Positions 40,959 through 51,113 of a stretch of 64,000 nt of DNA are shown piece after piece (position 1 is the stretch's first letter; every line of letters begins with the position of its first letter). The notes under the pieces are model-generated. The model saw only the letters and a program-made list of their open reading frames with translations. It had not been told where the DNA came from and ran no database searches. This DNA is from a virus (taxonomy: Duplodnaviria; Caudoviricetes), in the IMG/VR virus record IMGVR_UViG_3300032237_000764, positions 1 to 64,000 of that record. One strand, written 5' to 3'. Both the position numbers and the translations under genes were made by a program.

Positions 40959-41921
40959 ATGAAAAAAATTTTTGTAACAGGAGCGGCCGGATTTATAGGA
41001 AGTAATTTAATTGATAGACTTTTATTATTAGGATATCGCGTTATAGGATGGGATAATTTCTCAACTGGTAAATTAAAATTTCTAGAAAAATCATTAAAAA
41101 ATACCAATTTTGAATTGATTGAAGGTGATAATCTCAATTTGAATCACTTAACATCCTCCATGAAAGCATGCGAGGTAGTATTTCATCTTGCAGCAAATGC
41201 AGATGTTCGATTTGGATTGAATCATCCATCCAAAGATTTGAATCAAAATACAATAGCAACATTCAATGTATTACAAGCCATGAATGCTAATGGTATCAAG
41301 CGTATTATATTCAGTTCAACTGGAAGTGTTTATGGAGAAACAACTGTAATTCCTACACCAGAAAATGTAGGATTTCCCATTCAAACGTCTTTATATGGAG
41401 CATCTAAAGTAGCATGTGAAACCTTGATTCAAGCTTATTCAGAGGGTTACGGATTTGAATCTTATATCTTTAGATTTGTATCTATTCTTGGTGAACGATA
41501 TACACACGGTCATATTTTTGATTTTTATAAACAATTAATTGATCATCCCGATTATTTGAATGTACTTGGCGATGGTACACAGCGAAAGAGTTATTTATAT
41601 GTTCAAGATTGCATTGATGCGATGCTGCATGTTTTGTCGGTACCTAAACAAAATAACGTAAATATTTATAATCTCGGCACCGATGAATATGTCCAAGTAA
41701 ATGATTCTATAAAATTTATTATAGATCATTTAGGAGTTTCTCCATTAATACAATATTCTGGCGGCAAAAAAGGATGGATCGGTGATAATCCATGTATCTT
41801 TTTAGATACAACGAAAGTTCGAAATACAGGATGGCAACCAAAATTAACAATTGAACAAGGTGTGATTTCTACAGTTAAATGGTTACAACAAAATCAATGG
41901 GTATATGAAAACAATAAATAA
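40959..41921 (+). CDS. NAD-dependent NDP-sugar epimerase (LmbM-like candidate)
   Basis: VTGAAGFIG, FHLAAN, SSTGSVYG, YGASK. Confidence 0.88.
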   Translation: MKKIFVTGAAGFIGSNLIDRLLLLGYRVIGWDNFSTGKLKFLEKSLKNTNFELIEGDNLNLNHLTSSMKACEVVFHLAANADVRFGLNHPSKDLNQNTIATFNVLQAMNANGIKRIIFSSTGSVYGETTVIPTPENVGFPIQTSLYGASKVACETLIQAYSEGYGFESYIFRFVSILGERYTHGHIFDFYKQLIDHPDYLNVLGDGTQRKSYLYVQDCIDAMLHVLSVPKQNNVNIYNLGTDEYVQVNDSIKFIIDHLGVSPLIQYSGGKKGWIGDNPCIFLDTTKVRNTGWQPKLTIEQGVISTVKWLQQNQWVYENNK

Positions 41922-43173
41922 ACTAGCAATATTTGGATTATGGCATTTGGGAAGTGTTATATCGACGTGTTGTGCCAAGCATTTTAATGTGATGGCATAC
42001 GATCCATCATCTGAAGTAGTAGATAATTTAAATCTTGGAAACGCTCCTGTTTATGAGCCAGAATTAAACAATCAACTCAAAGCAGAAATCACACGAAATC
42101 GGGTACAGTTCACAAATAATTTGTCGATTGCATGTAATCATGCAGATGTGTTTTGGATCACATATGATACACCAGTTGACGAAAATGATTTGGCAGACAA
42201 TACGTTTATCTATGAACGAATAGCTGAGATATGCAAGTTAAAACAATCAGCGGCAACAATCATTATTTCTTCTCAAATTGTTGCAACCACATGTGCAAAA
42301 TTAGAAAGAGATTTTTCGCAACATACATTTGTATATATTCCTGAAAATTTAAGATTGGGAAAAGGTATTGAAACCTTTGAAAATGCGGAGCGTTTTATTG
42401 TTGGATGTAGAAATAAAGATATAAACAAGTTAAAAGAATTGCTTGCACCATTTAACATTGAATTGGTTTTTATGAAATCGGAATCTGCTGAAATGGTTAA
42501 ACATACAATCAATTCATTTTTGGCATTGTCTGTTACTTTTATTAATGAAATCGCAACAATATGTGAGCAAATTGACGCTGACGCACATGAAGTTTCTATT
42601 GGTGTTAAAAGTGATAAAAGAATTGGTAAAAGCGCATATTTGAAGCCGGGCGAACCATTTGCAGGAGGCACATTAGCTAGAGATGTAGTTTCACTGGACA
42701 CGCTTCATAAATATTTTCAAGTCAAATCACCGATACTATCTTCAATAATAGAAAGCAATGAAAATCATAAAAATTGGTATTTAAATCAATTAAATGCAAT
42801 TCCATATAATAAATGTAAGAGTATATTATTTCTGGGACTTACCTATACGGAAAATACAAACACATTGCGTAGAAGCAATACATTAACATTATATAAAAAG
42901 TTAAATCGTCAAAATATTAAATTTTATGCATATGATAGTTTGGTAAAAACGCTACCAATTGAATTTGTTAATATTGAATTAATAAATAATATTGATGATC
43001 TTAATGTTGATATAGTTATTGTTTTTGGACATCAGAGTAGTTTTAAGTTATTGAATTATAATAAGTTACAACACAAAGATACTCTATATTTTATAGATGC
43101 AAATCGTTATCTGTATGAACAAGTAAAACAACTATCAAACGTTAAATATATAACGGTTGGATCTATTATTTAG
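41905..43173 (+). CDS. UDP-glucose/GDP-mannose dehydrogenase-family protein lacking the catalytic Cys (LmbL-like candidate)
   Basis: GLWHLG, DTP, PENLR, AEMVK..N.FLA..V.F.NE, DKRIG, GGTLARD. Confidence 0.8.
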   Translation: MKTINKLAIFGLWHLGSVISTCCAKHFNVMAYDPSSEVVDNLNLGNAPVYEPELNNQLKAEITRNRVQFTNNLSIACNHADVFWITYDTPVDENDLADNTFIYERIAEICKLKQSAATIIISSQIVATTCAKLERDFSQHTFVYIPENLRLGKGIETFENAERFIVGCRNKDINKLKELLAPFNIELVFMKSESAEMVKHTINSFLALSVTFINEIATICEQIDADAHEVSIGVKSDKRIGKSAYLKPGEPFAGGTLARDVVSLDTLHKYFQVKSPILSSIIESNENHKNWYLNQLNAIPYNKCKSILFLGLTYTENTNTLRRSNTLTLYKKLNRQNIKFYAYDSLVKTLPIEFVNIELINNIDDLNVDIVIVFGHQSSFKLLNYNKLQHKDTLYFIDANRYLYEQVKQLSNVKYITVGSII

Positions 43174-43175
43174 TT

Positions 43176-44018
43176 ATGAATGTTATTATAACAGGTGCAA
43201 GTCAAGGATTTGGTAGTAGTATAGCCGAGAAGTTCTTGAAAGAGGGAGCAAATATATCCATTTGTGGACGAGATGAACAGCAATTGGCAGAACGACTGGC
43301 TTCATTAAAACAAACATACAAATCCAAAATTATTGGATATTCATGTGATGTTTCTAAAGAATACCAAGTTAAAACATTCATCGATAAATCTATTGAAGAA
43401 TTACAAACAATAGATGCTATTGTTTTAAATGCGGGAATTTATGGTCCTATGGGGCCAATTGAATCTGTTGATTTTGATGCGTTTAAATATGCATTAGAAG
43501 TTAATTTATATGGTGTAGTATTGCCGTGTAAATATATCGTGCCTCATTTTAAACAAAACAATTGTGGCAAGATTATAATGATTAGTGGTGGTGGAGCAAC
43601 AACACCAATGCCATATATTACAGGATATGCAGCAAGCAAAGCTGCTAGTATTCGATTCATGGAAAGTATTTCATTGGAGTTAAAATCCTTTAATATTGAT
43701 GTTAATGCAGTAGCACCGGGTGCATTGGCAACTCGTTTGGTTGATTCTGTATTGAATGCTGGACCTGAGTTAATAGGAAAAGAATTCTACGAAAAAAATC
43801 TAAAGTGGAAAAATGAAGGAGCAACTTCACCCGAATTGGGTGCAAATTTAGTTTGGTTTTTAGCTAATTATCATAGCGATAAAATCACTGGTAAATTAAT
43901 TAGTGCTCAATGGGATGATTGGAAAAATTTACCGTTACATTTAAAAGAATTGAACTCAAGTGATATATACTGTTTGAGAAGAATTGTACCCGAAGATAGA
44001 AATAAAAATTGGAATTGA
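43176..44018 (+). CDS. Short-chain dehydrogenase/reductase
   Basis: ITGASQGFG, LNAG, YAASK, VAPG. Confidence 0.88.
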   Translation: MNVIITGASQGFGSSIAEKFLKEGANISICGRDEQQLAERLASLKQTYKSKIIGYSCDVSKEYQVKTFIDKSIEELQTIDAIVLNAGIYGPMGPIESVDFDAFKYALEVNLYGVVLPCKYIVPHFKQNNCGKIIMISGGGATTPMPYITGYAASKAASIRFMESISLELKSFNIDVNAVAPGALATRLVDSVLNAGPELIGKEFYEKNLKWKNEGATSPELGANLVWFLANYHSDKITGKLISAQWDDWKNLPLHLKELNSSDIYCLRRIVPEDRNKNWN

Positions 44019-44019
44019 T

Positions 44020-44985
44020 ATGAAAATAGCAATTATAGGATGTGGATTAATTGGTCAAAAACGTGCAAAGTTACTTCAAAATGTTGATATTGCATGCGAT
44101 ATAAATTTAGAAAATGCCAAGAAAGTTGCTGGTTTGTTTTCGAATAGTATTGTAACAACTAATGTTGAAGACGTTGTTGCATCTGATGTGGATGTAGTAT
44201 TTATTTCCGTTGCCAATTCATCATTGGCTCCAATTGCGACACGACTGGCCAGAACTGGAAAACATGTATTATTGGAAAAACCGGGAGGTATTACTGCTGA
44301 TGAATTGATAAAACTAAAAGATATTAGTTTGAAGAATAATGCTTTGATTCGTATTGGTTATAATCATCGTTATCATCCTGCATGTTTAAAGGCATTAGAA
44401 TTGATAAAACAACCAGAGTTTGGTAATATTATGTTTGTACGTGGTCGTTATGGTCATGGTGGAAGAATTGGGTATGAAAAAGAATGGCGAGCAAATGTAT
44501 CTATATCAGGTGGAGGTGAATTAATAGATCAAGGAGTACATTTGATAGATTTGGCGAGTATTTTTATTGGAAAATTTAACACAATCGAAGGACATATACA
44601 TACATATTATTGGAACATGAATGTTGATGACAACGCATTTATAAGTCTACAAAATAAAAACAAAAACACAGCATGGTTACATGTCAGTTGTACCGAATGG
44701 AAAAATACATTCAGTTTTGAAATATATGGCACAAATGCAAAGTTACATTGGGAAGGTTTGGGTGGTAGTTATGGTGTTGAACGTTTAACACACTATCAAA
44801 TGTTACCACAAATGGGTCCACCACAAACTATAACATATGAATATCCAATGGGCGACAATTCATGGAAAATAGAAATGGATGAATTTTTTGAAGATATTCG
44901 ATTGCAACGTCAACCTATTCCCGGTTTGAATGAAGGAATTGAAACATTAAAAGTCGTCGATACATTATACAAACAAAAAATATGA
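44020..44985 (+). CDS. Gfo/Idh/MocA oxidoreductase (LmbZ-like candidate)
   Basis: IIGCGLIG, HVLLEKP, GYNHRY, GGGELIDQGVHLID. Confidence 0.88.
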   Translation: MKIAIIGCGLIGQKRAKLLQNVDIACDINLENAKKVAGLFSNSIVTTNVEDVVASDVDVVFISVANSSLAPIATRLARTGKHVLLEKPGGITADELIKLKDISLKNNALIRIGYNHRYHPACLKALELIKQPEFGNIMFVRGRYGHGGRIGYEKEWRANVSISGGGELIDQGVHLIDLASIFIGKFNTIEGHIHTYYWNMNVDDNAFISLQNKNKNTAWLHVSCTEWKNTFSFEIYGTNAKLHWEGLGGSYGVERLTHYQMLPQMGPPQTITYEYPMGDNSWKIEMDEFFEDIRLQRQPIPGLNEGIETLKVVDTLYKQKI

Positions 44986-45962
44986 TTATTGTAAGATCAC
45001 CATTACGTATTAGTTTAGGAGGAGGCGGAACTGATTTACCATCTTATTATGCAAAATTTGGTGGATACTTTATTTCGGCGGCAATCAACAAATATATTTA
45101 CATTACATTGAATGATAATTTTTCAGATCAATTAATTGTAAAATATTCAAAGATGGAAAAGGTAGACGATTCAAATAAAATTGAACATCCTATTTTACGT
45201 GAAGCATTTGCATTGACGCGAACCAAAGGAGTTGGATTAGAGTTGTGTTCAATGGCAGATATTCCGTCGGGCACAGGTTTAGGATCATCTAGTAGTTTTA
45301 CAGTTGCTGTATTAAAAGCTTTACATGTTTATAATCATAATATCATTAGTACACACACTTTGGCAGAACAAGCATGTGATATTGAAATCAATAGACTAAA
45401 AGAACCTATTGGAAAACAAGATCAATTTATATCAGCATATGGTGGTATTACAGAGTTTGATATTGATACCAATGGTAATATAAATGTAAACCCCATTCCA
45501 TTATCGAACGATACGGTAAATGATCTTAGTGAAAATTTACTATTGTTTTTTACTGGATATTCGCGTTCTGCATCTCATATTCTAAAAGAACAAGATCAAA
45601 AATCAAAAAATTCAGATGAGGAAATGTTCAAAAATTTACATTACGTAAAACAAATTGGTGTTCAAAGTTACAAAGCATTTACAAGTGGAAATTTAATTGA
45701 ATTTGCCAATTTAATGAATGAGCATTGGGAATATAAGAAAAGTCGTAGCAAAAACATGAGCAATGCGCATATTAATGCATGGTATGATTTGGCGTTAAAA
45801 AATGGCGCATTGGGTGGTAAACTTATAGGTGCTGGTGGTGGAGGATTTTTAATGTTTTATGCAGAAAACAAAAAAAATCTTCGTAGAGTTATGCGTGAAG
45901 CAGGATTAACGGAAGTTCATTTTACATTCGATTTTGAAGGAACAAAACAAATCTTAGCATGA
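44982..45962 (+). CDS. GHMP-family sugar-phosphate 1-kinase (HddA/LmbP-like)
   Basis: PLRISLGGGGTD, PSGTGLGSSS, GKQDQ, GGKLIGAGGGG. Confidence 0.9.
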   Translation: MIIVRSPLRISLGGGGTDLPSYYAKFGGYFISAAINKYIYITLNDNFSDQLIVKYSKMEKVDDSNKIEHPILREAFALTRTKGVGLELCSMADIPSGTGLGSSSSFTVAVLKALHVYNHNIISTHTLAEQACDIEINRLKEPIGKQDQFISAYGGITEFDIDTNGNINVNPIPLSNDTVNDLSENLLLFFTGYSRSASHILKEQDQKSKNSDEEMFKNLHYVKQIGVQSYKAFTSGNLIEFANLMNEHWEYKKSRSKNMSNAHINAWYDLALKNGALGGKLIGAGGGGFLMFYAENKKNLRRVMREAGLTEVHFTFDFEGTKQILA

Positions 45963-46651
45963 GTAATATACCATTTATTATATTAGCTGGCGGATTAGCT
46001 ACTAGATTAAAACCTATTACTAATACAATTCCAAAGGCATTGGTGCCTGTGGCTGGTAAACCGTTTATCTATCATCAGTTGGAATTACTAAATGAAAACG
46101 ATATCAATCATGTGGTGTTGTGTCTTGGTCATTTGGGAGAAATGGTAGAAAAAGAAGTTGGAAACAGTTATAAAAACATAAAAATTGATTATTCTTACGA
46201 CGGCGAAAAATTGCTTGGAACAGGTGGCGCAGTTAAAAAAGCAATCGAAAACGTTGATGATGTGTTTGGCGTTTTATATGGTGATTCTTATTTACCAATT
46301 ATTTATAAGCACGTAATTGATTATTATAATGTTTGTAAAAAACTAGGATTGATGACTGTCTATGCCAATGATAACAAATATGATACTAGTAATACTGTGT
46401 TTCAGCATAAACAAATATTAAAGTATAGTAAAACTGAAATTCTACCTGAAATGAATTATATTGATTATGGGTTTAGTATTTTGCATAAATCTGCATTTGA
46501 TTCATTCACTGATGCTTTTGATCTATCAAAAGCAATAATCCAGCTAATTGAACAAAATCAACTAGCTGGATATGAGGTTTATAACCGATTTTATGAAATT
46601 GGATCTTTTAAAGGTCTTTATGAATTGGAATCAAAGTTGCAATCCAGATGA
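45959..46651 (+). CDS. Sugar-1-phosphate nucleotidyltransferase (HddC/LmbO-like)
   Basis: ILAGGLATRL, PKAL, LGTGGA, YGDSY, FYEIG. Confidence 0.88.
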   Translation: MSNIPFIILAGGLATRLKPITNTIPKALVPVAGKPFIYHQLELLNENDINHVVLCLGHLGEMVEKEVGNSYKNIKIDYSYDGEKLLGTGGAVKKAIENVDDVFGVLYGDSYLPIIYKHVIDYYNVCKKLGLMTVYANDNKYDTSNTVFQHKQILKYSKTEILPEMNYIDYGFSILHKSAFDSFTDAFDLSKAIIQLIEQNQLAGYEVYNRFYEIGSFKGLYELESKLQSR

Positions 46652-47332
46652 TTTGGCATCAGTATAAAACATTTGAACTGTCTCAATTGTATACTCGGTT
46701 AGATTTTTATTCTGTAATGATAGTTTTTTGATTTGATCTGGCGTAACTGTAATAATATCACAACCTATACGATCAGCTTCATAAATATTATATACTTCTC
46801 TGGTACTTGCCCATAATATTTCACATTGATCTTTTAATAAAGCTTGCGCTAAGTTAATCGTACAAATAGGATTTCTACCCGTGTCTGCAATGCGTCCGGC
46901 AAAAATAGATACTATGTTTGTTTTATTCGGTGCAGATGGTAAATGATCTTTTAATAATAATAGTTGATCAAGTGTAAACACCGCAGTTACGTTGACTTTG
47001 ACATTGTTTTCATTCAGTTTGTATATCAGATCATGTGTACTTTCTCCCAATGTATTAACAATAGGAATTTTAACATGAATGTTTTCACCAAAAGAAGCAA
47101 TTTTTTGTGCTTGATATAACATTCCGTGATAATCGTCTGCAAAAACCTCAAATGAGATTGATAAATCTTTAATTTTTGAAGTTACTTCTTTAATAAATTT
47201 TTCATAATTAGTAACACCGGCTTTTTTCATCAAACTAGGATTTGTTGTAAATCCTTTTACTAATTTGTTGTTTTCATATAAATCAAATATTTCATTGATA
47301 TTTGATCCGTCTGCAAATATTTTAATATTCAT
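46631..47332 (-). CDS. tal: Transaldolase (small TalC/FSA type; LmbR-like candidate)
   Basis: FADG, TTNPSL, VKIP (Schiff-base Lys), NVTAVF, SIFAGRIAD, LWASTR. Confidence 0.88.
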   Translation of the reverse strand: MNIKIFADGSNINEIFDLYENNKLVKGFTTNPSLMKKAGVTNYEKFIKEVTSKIKDLSISFEVFADDYHGMLYQAQKIASFGENIHVKIPIVNTLGESTHDLIYKLNENNVKVNVTAVFTLDQLLLLKDHLPSAPNKTNIVSIFAGRIADTGRNPICTINLAQALLKDQCEILWASTREVYNIYEADRIGCDIITVTPDQIKKLSLQNKNLTEYTIETVQMFYTDAKSSGLQL

Positions 47333-48224
47333 AAGACAATCCATTAACTATTAAGTGCAATACAATTCCTTGCCATTCTTCTGCATGTGGTGTAACTCTA
47401 CTATTATCCACAACAGGTATTAGTAAGCATACATCCGACAATTCTTTAGCTTTGCCACCCCCACGACTAACAACAGATAATATGGTTCCTTTACAAGATT
47501 TTGTATATTCCATCGCTTTAACTAAATTTTGTGAAGTTGTATTGCTACCTCCACCCACACTAAACACCAATAAAATATCATTTGCGTTTAATTTTGATGT
47601 TTTAAGCCATTCTGAATAGCAAGTGTCCCAGCCAACATCATTGATTCTGGCAGTTAGCTCAGCAACATTTTCAGAAATAGAATATGTTTCAATGTTACAG
47701 ATTTTTCTAAAATCGTTCACAGCATGCGCTGCATTAGCAGCACTGCCACCTACACCGGCCATAAAAATTCTACCATTTTGTTGCTGGCATTTTTTAATAG
47801 TAGATAACAACAAATTTAAATCTTTTTGATTGATAAGATCTGCGATTTGTTTTACTTCGGATAAATATTGTTGAATATAAGCAGCGGCATTCATAATTGG
47901 TATTTTTATATTATTTTGTTCTCTCCATGTTTGTGCGTTTATGGCTTTATCATCGATAAATAGATCAAAATGTGGTTTATTTTTATCAATCAATTCATGA
48001 TATTTGACTCCCCAGTTATTGAGTTGGGAAAGATTCAATTCGTGATAGTCAATTTTAGAAGTTCCGCCTCTTGCTGTATATATGATAATTTTATTACCAG
48101 TATCATACAATTCGTTTATTTTATTCACTACTTCTTGATAAGGATACGCATCCTTATAATTTTTACCGATGGTATGGCAGATTGTATTATCTAAATCAAA
48201 ACAATAAGTAATAATATTTTTCAT
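47322..48224 (-). CDS. Fusion of HAD phosphatase and SIS/GmhA-like phosphosugar isomerase
   Basis: N-terminal FDLDNTIC, YTAR, KP, FIDDKA; C-terminal GVGGSAANAAHAVND, TARIND, SVGGG, HAEEWQ. Confidence 0.85.
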   Translation of the reverse strand: MKNIITYCFDLDNTICHTIGKNYKDAYPYQEVVNKINELYDTGNKIIIYTARGGTSKIDYHELNLSQLNNWGVKYHELIDKNKPHFDLFIDDKAINAQTWREQNNIKIPIMNAAAYIQQYLSEVKQIADLINQKDLNLLLSTIKKCQQQNGRIFMAGVGGSAANAAHAVNDFRKICNIETYSISENVAELTARINDVGWDTCYSEWLKTSKLNANDILLVFSVGGGSNTTSQNLVKAMEYTKSCKGTILSVVSRGGGKAKELSDVCLLIPVVDNSRVTPHAEEWQGIVLHLIVNGLSYEY

Positions 48225-48225
48225 A

Positions 48226-48924
48226 TTAACTAATTTTATAATCTTTTGCCGCCGTATATTTTTTTTCTTTTTCTTCTATTTCTTTTGTAATAGAAGAACT
48301 TGTTTGATCTTCATGAATTCTATTGACCACTGTTATATAATTACATATACTTGGCAAACCGAATCTATCATATAATCTTTTATAATAATCAACATCCATT
48401 AACCAACATAAATTTTCATCAAATTCAATGACATTTTCATTTTTAAACATTAATACACTCGGCGAACTTATTGTATTTTCTCCATGTTGAATATTATCAT
48501 GATATTTTGGATAGTGTTCATTAAAAAAATGAACCGAATTCTTAGTATGACAACAAGCTGTGACTAACCAATGATTTGAATTGCTTAATATATGAAATAG
48601 TTGCAGTTCTAAACTTTGCGTTCCAAATAAAAAATCATCTTGATACAATATTTTTATAAAATCTCCGTTTGCTTTTTTTATTGCAAAATTAGTATTTTGC
48701 GACATTCCATATTTTTCTCGATTTCTAAAATATTTTATATTCAATCTATCATTCCATTTTTTACATAAATTTTCTATTTCATCATTTTTACTATTATCTG
48801 ATATAATAATATTAAAATTTTTATATGTTTGTGAATGTAGTATGTTAAATGAATAATTTAAATATCCTACCCCACTTCCATTCATTTCATATGTTGGGAT
48901 ACATATACTAATTAGAGAATTCAT
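48226..48924 (-). CDS. Glycosyltransferase family 2
   Basis: ISICIPTY, IIISDNS, YQDD, MDVDYY. Confidence 0.85.
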   Translation of the reverse strand: MNSLISICIPTYEMNGSGVGYLNYSFNILHSQTYKNFNIIISDNSKNDEIENLCKKWNDRLNIKYFRNREKYGMSQNTNFAIKKANGDFIKILYQDDFLFGTQSLELQLFHILSNSNHWLVTACCHTKNSVHFFNEHYPKYHDNIQHGENTISSPSVLMFKNENVIEFDENLCWLMDVDYYKRLYDRFGLPSICNYITVVNRIHEDQTSSSITKEIEEKEKKYTAAKDYKIS

Positions 48925-49573
48925 AAGTTATAAATCTTTTATCAAAAATATACGGTTCTAATCTTTCTACAATCCACGGCATTCTTTCGTGGGTTTCTAA
49001 TAATTCTACTAGTTTACAATAAAATTGTTTGCTTCTAATATGTACCGTTTCTTTGGAAACACAAAAATGTCCACCGGGAATAAATTCATATTCATTTGGA
49101 GTTTTTGACTTAAATAAAACATTCCAAATCTCATTGATATTTAAATTTTTTTCATGGGGATAACCATTACTACTACAGGCTAACACATTTCCAGAAAAAA
49201 ATTGTTGTGATTTATGTAAATTCCACATAGTTCCTATCGAATTCCAATGATATCCTTTATAACCATCAAATTTTAAACTTGCATAATTGTTTCTATATTC
49301 TTCGTTGCCATTAATTAATTCGATGTAATTTTCAACATGGTCAAAAGGATAATCTTGAGAGAAAAATATTGTATCGGACAATTCATCATAATTTTTATAT
49401 AAATGATTGAAAAAAGTATGAACGTCTCTACCAACATTGTTTTCTAATAAAATTTCTTTAGGATGTGTTGTTAAATTACCTTTTCTATAAATTATAATTT
49501 TAACATCTGAATTTATTTTTGAAATCCAAGAAATGTTTTTATCATAAAGCGATATTATTAATTCTGTGTTCAT
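48908..49573 (-). CDS. DUF3431-like protein
   Basis: NVGRDVHTF..H..KNYDEL....FSQDYPFDH, ERL. Confidence 0.7.
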   Translation of the reverse strand: MNTELIISLYDKNISWISKINSDVKIIIYRKGNLTTHPKEILLENNVGRDVHTFFNHLYKNYDELSDTIFFSQDYPFDHVENYIELINGNEEYRNNYASLKFDGYKGYHWNSIGTMWNLHKSQQFFSGNVLACSSNGYPHEKNLNINEIWNVLFKSKTPNEYEFIPGGHFCVSKETVHIRSKQFYCKLVELLETHERMPWIVERLEPYIFDKRFITYEFSN

Positions 49574-50403
49574 ATTTGAATCCATTCTGTTGGAATTAAA
49601 TCTATGGTATTTAAATTATTAAATGATGGACCAAACCATTTTTTTGGTGCAATTACTATTTTCTCTGGATTTGGATTTAACCACGCCCCCCACCATCCAA
49701 ATGTACTATTTCCTATTATATTGTGTGTGCATAACGACATTATACACAAATCAACATAATGAGAATTTCCCTCTACATAATAAATTGATTTATTTTCTCC
49801 AAAAACATTTTTACACCAATCAATGTCATCCGAAAATATAAAATATTGATACTCTTTATTATCATAAACTTTATTTATGGCATTTTGATAGTAATCTACT
49901 TCCATTATAGGAAATTTATCTTGAATTCCGAGATAATCTCCTATTCTTACATGAATTGAAACAATATCTGTTTTTTTATTTTTATTTATTATTTCTAATG
50001 CTTTATTTTGAATTTCTTTTTTAAATTGTAATTTTTCTCTTACAATATTTGTAGCGTGTTTAAAATATTTCTCGCTTTGAAAGTATCCTTCCAAATTTGT
50101 ATTGTCTTTAATATTAAAGACATTTTTATCAAAATGAAAATGGGATTCTTTATAGGTATTTTCTAATGTCGCACCGTTATTATCTTTAATATCAATATCA
50201 AAACAATCAAATAAATCAAGTTTATAACTTATCCATTTGTTTGTAGACATATCTAAACAACCGTTTGGTTTAATATGTTTATTTTTTTCAATCGGTATTG
50301 ATGGAATAAAATTATTTTTATGGGCAACTCCAAATAAAGTAGCTATTTGAAATAATTGATTTCCTAATCTGCCGTCATATCCGATATTATTGATACTTAT
50401 CAT
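49570..50403 (-). CDS. GT11 alpha-1,2-fucosyltransferase-like
   Basis: GRLGNQLFQ, GYFQSEKYF, HVRIGDY, FSDD, NSTFGWWGAWL. Confidence 0.9.
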   Translation of the reverse strand: MISINNIGYDGRLGNQLFQIATLFGVAHKNNFIPSIPIEKNKHIKPNGCLDMSTNKWISYKLDLFDCFDIDIKDNNGATLENTYKESHFHFDKNVFNIKDNTNLEGYFQSEKYFKHATNIVREKLQFKKEIQNKALEIINKNKKTDIVSIHVRIGDYLGIQDKFPIMEVDYYQNAINKVYDNKEYQYFIFSDDIDWCKNVFGENKSIYYVEGNSHYVDLCIMSLCTHNIIGNSTFGWWGAWLNPNPEKIVIAPKKWFGPSFNNLNTIDLIPTEWIQI

Positions 50404-50442
50404 TTATTTTATATTATTTTTTAATCTAATTTATAATTTTTA

Positions 50443-51111
50443 TTATAAGCTAAATCCTAAATTTTCTTCGATTGTAAAAAGTTTATTATACTTTAAATTT
50501 GTTTCAACTTGTTTTTCAATAGTTTTATTGTGATGTAATGCAAAGTCAAAAGAAGCTGGTAAATATGTAAATGATTTAGCACCTTCAATTTTTTCATGCA
50601 ATCGTCGTCCCCATCTAAGATGGGGTAGATTTTTAAACAATCTACCCTGTGGATCTGGCCAATTTACGATTGATCGATTTTCATAATTTGTTAATCGCCA
50701 ACCCCATCGATTTGCAATTTCGGGTGTAACGCCTTTAAAATCATTTATACGAGGAATCCAAAACAATTCTATGGATTCATTTGCTATGATGATTTCATAT
50801 AAATTACTTAATAATATTTCAGATGGTAATTCATCTGAATCTATTTGAAATATATATTTTCCTTTACATAACGCTTTACCATAGTTTTTGTGTGCGCTGT
50901 AGTTATTATCTAATTTATGTTGATGAATAGATACACCATCTGTTGTTTTATAACTGTTTAAATAATTTATTGTAACATCATCAGTGGAAAAATCATCAAT
51001 TACTACGATTTCATTATTTTTATTGTATTTCAACAATAGATCGATTAATTGTTTAAATTGATCGCCCTCGTTTTTACACGTTACTAAATAACTAACAAAT
51101 GAGGTTTCCAT
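50443..51111 (-). CDS. Glycosyltransferase family 2
   Basis: KNE, IDDFSTD, QIDSDE, WPD, LHE. Confidence 0.85.
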   Translation of the reverse strand: METSFVSYLVTCKNEGDQFKQLIDLLLKYNKNNEIVVIDDFSTDDVTINYLNSYKTTDGVSIHQHKLDNNYSAHKNYGKALCKGKYIFQIDSDELPSEILLSNLYEIIIANESIELFWIPRINDFKGVTPEIANRWGWRLTNYENRSIVNWPDPQGRLFKNLPHLRWGRRLHEKIEGAKSFTYLPASFDFALHHNKTIEKQVETNLKYNKLFTIEENLGFSL

Positions 51112-51113
51112 AA

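Noticed and set aside
46631-47332. Transaldolase as a cyanophage-type pentose-phosphate auxiliary gene
   Set aside because: It overlaps the isomerase/phosphatase gene inside a sugar-nucleotide cluster, with no zwf, gnd or cp12 nearby
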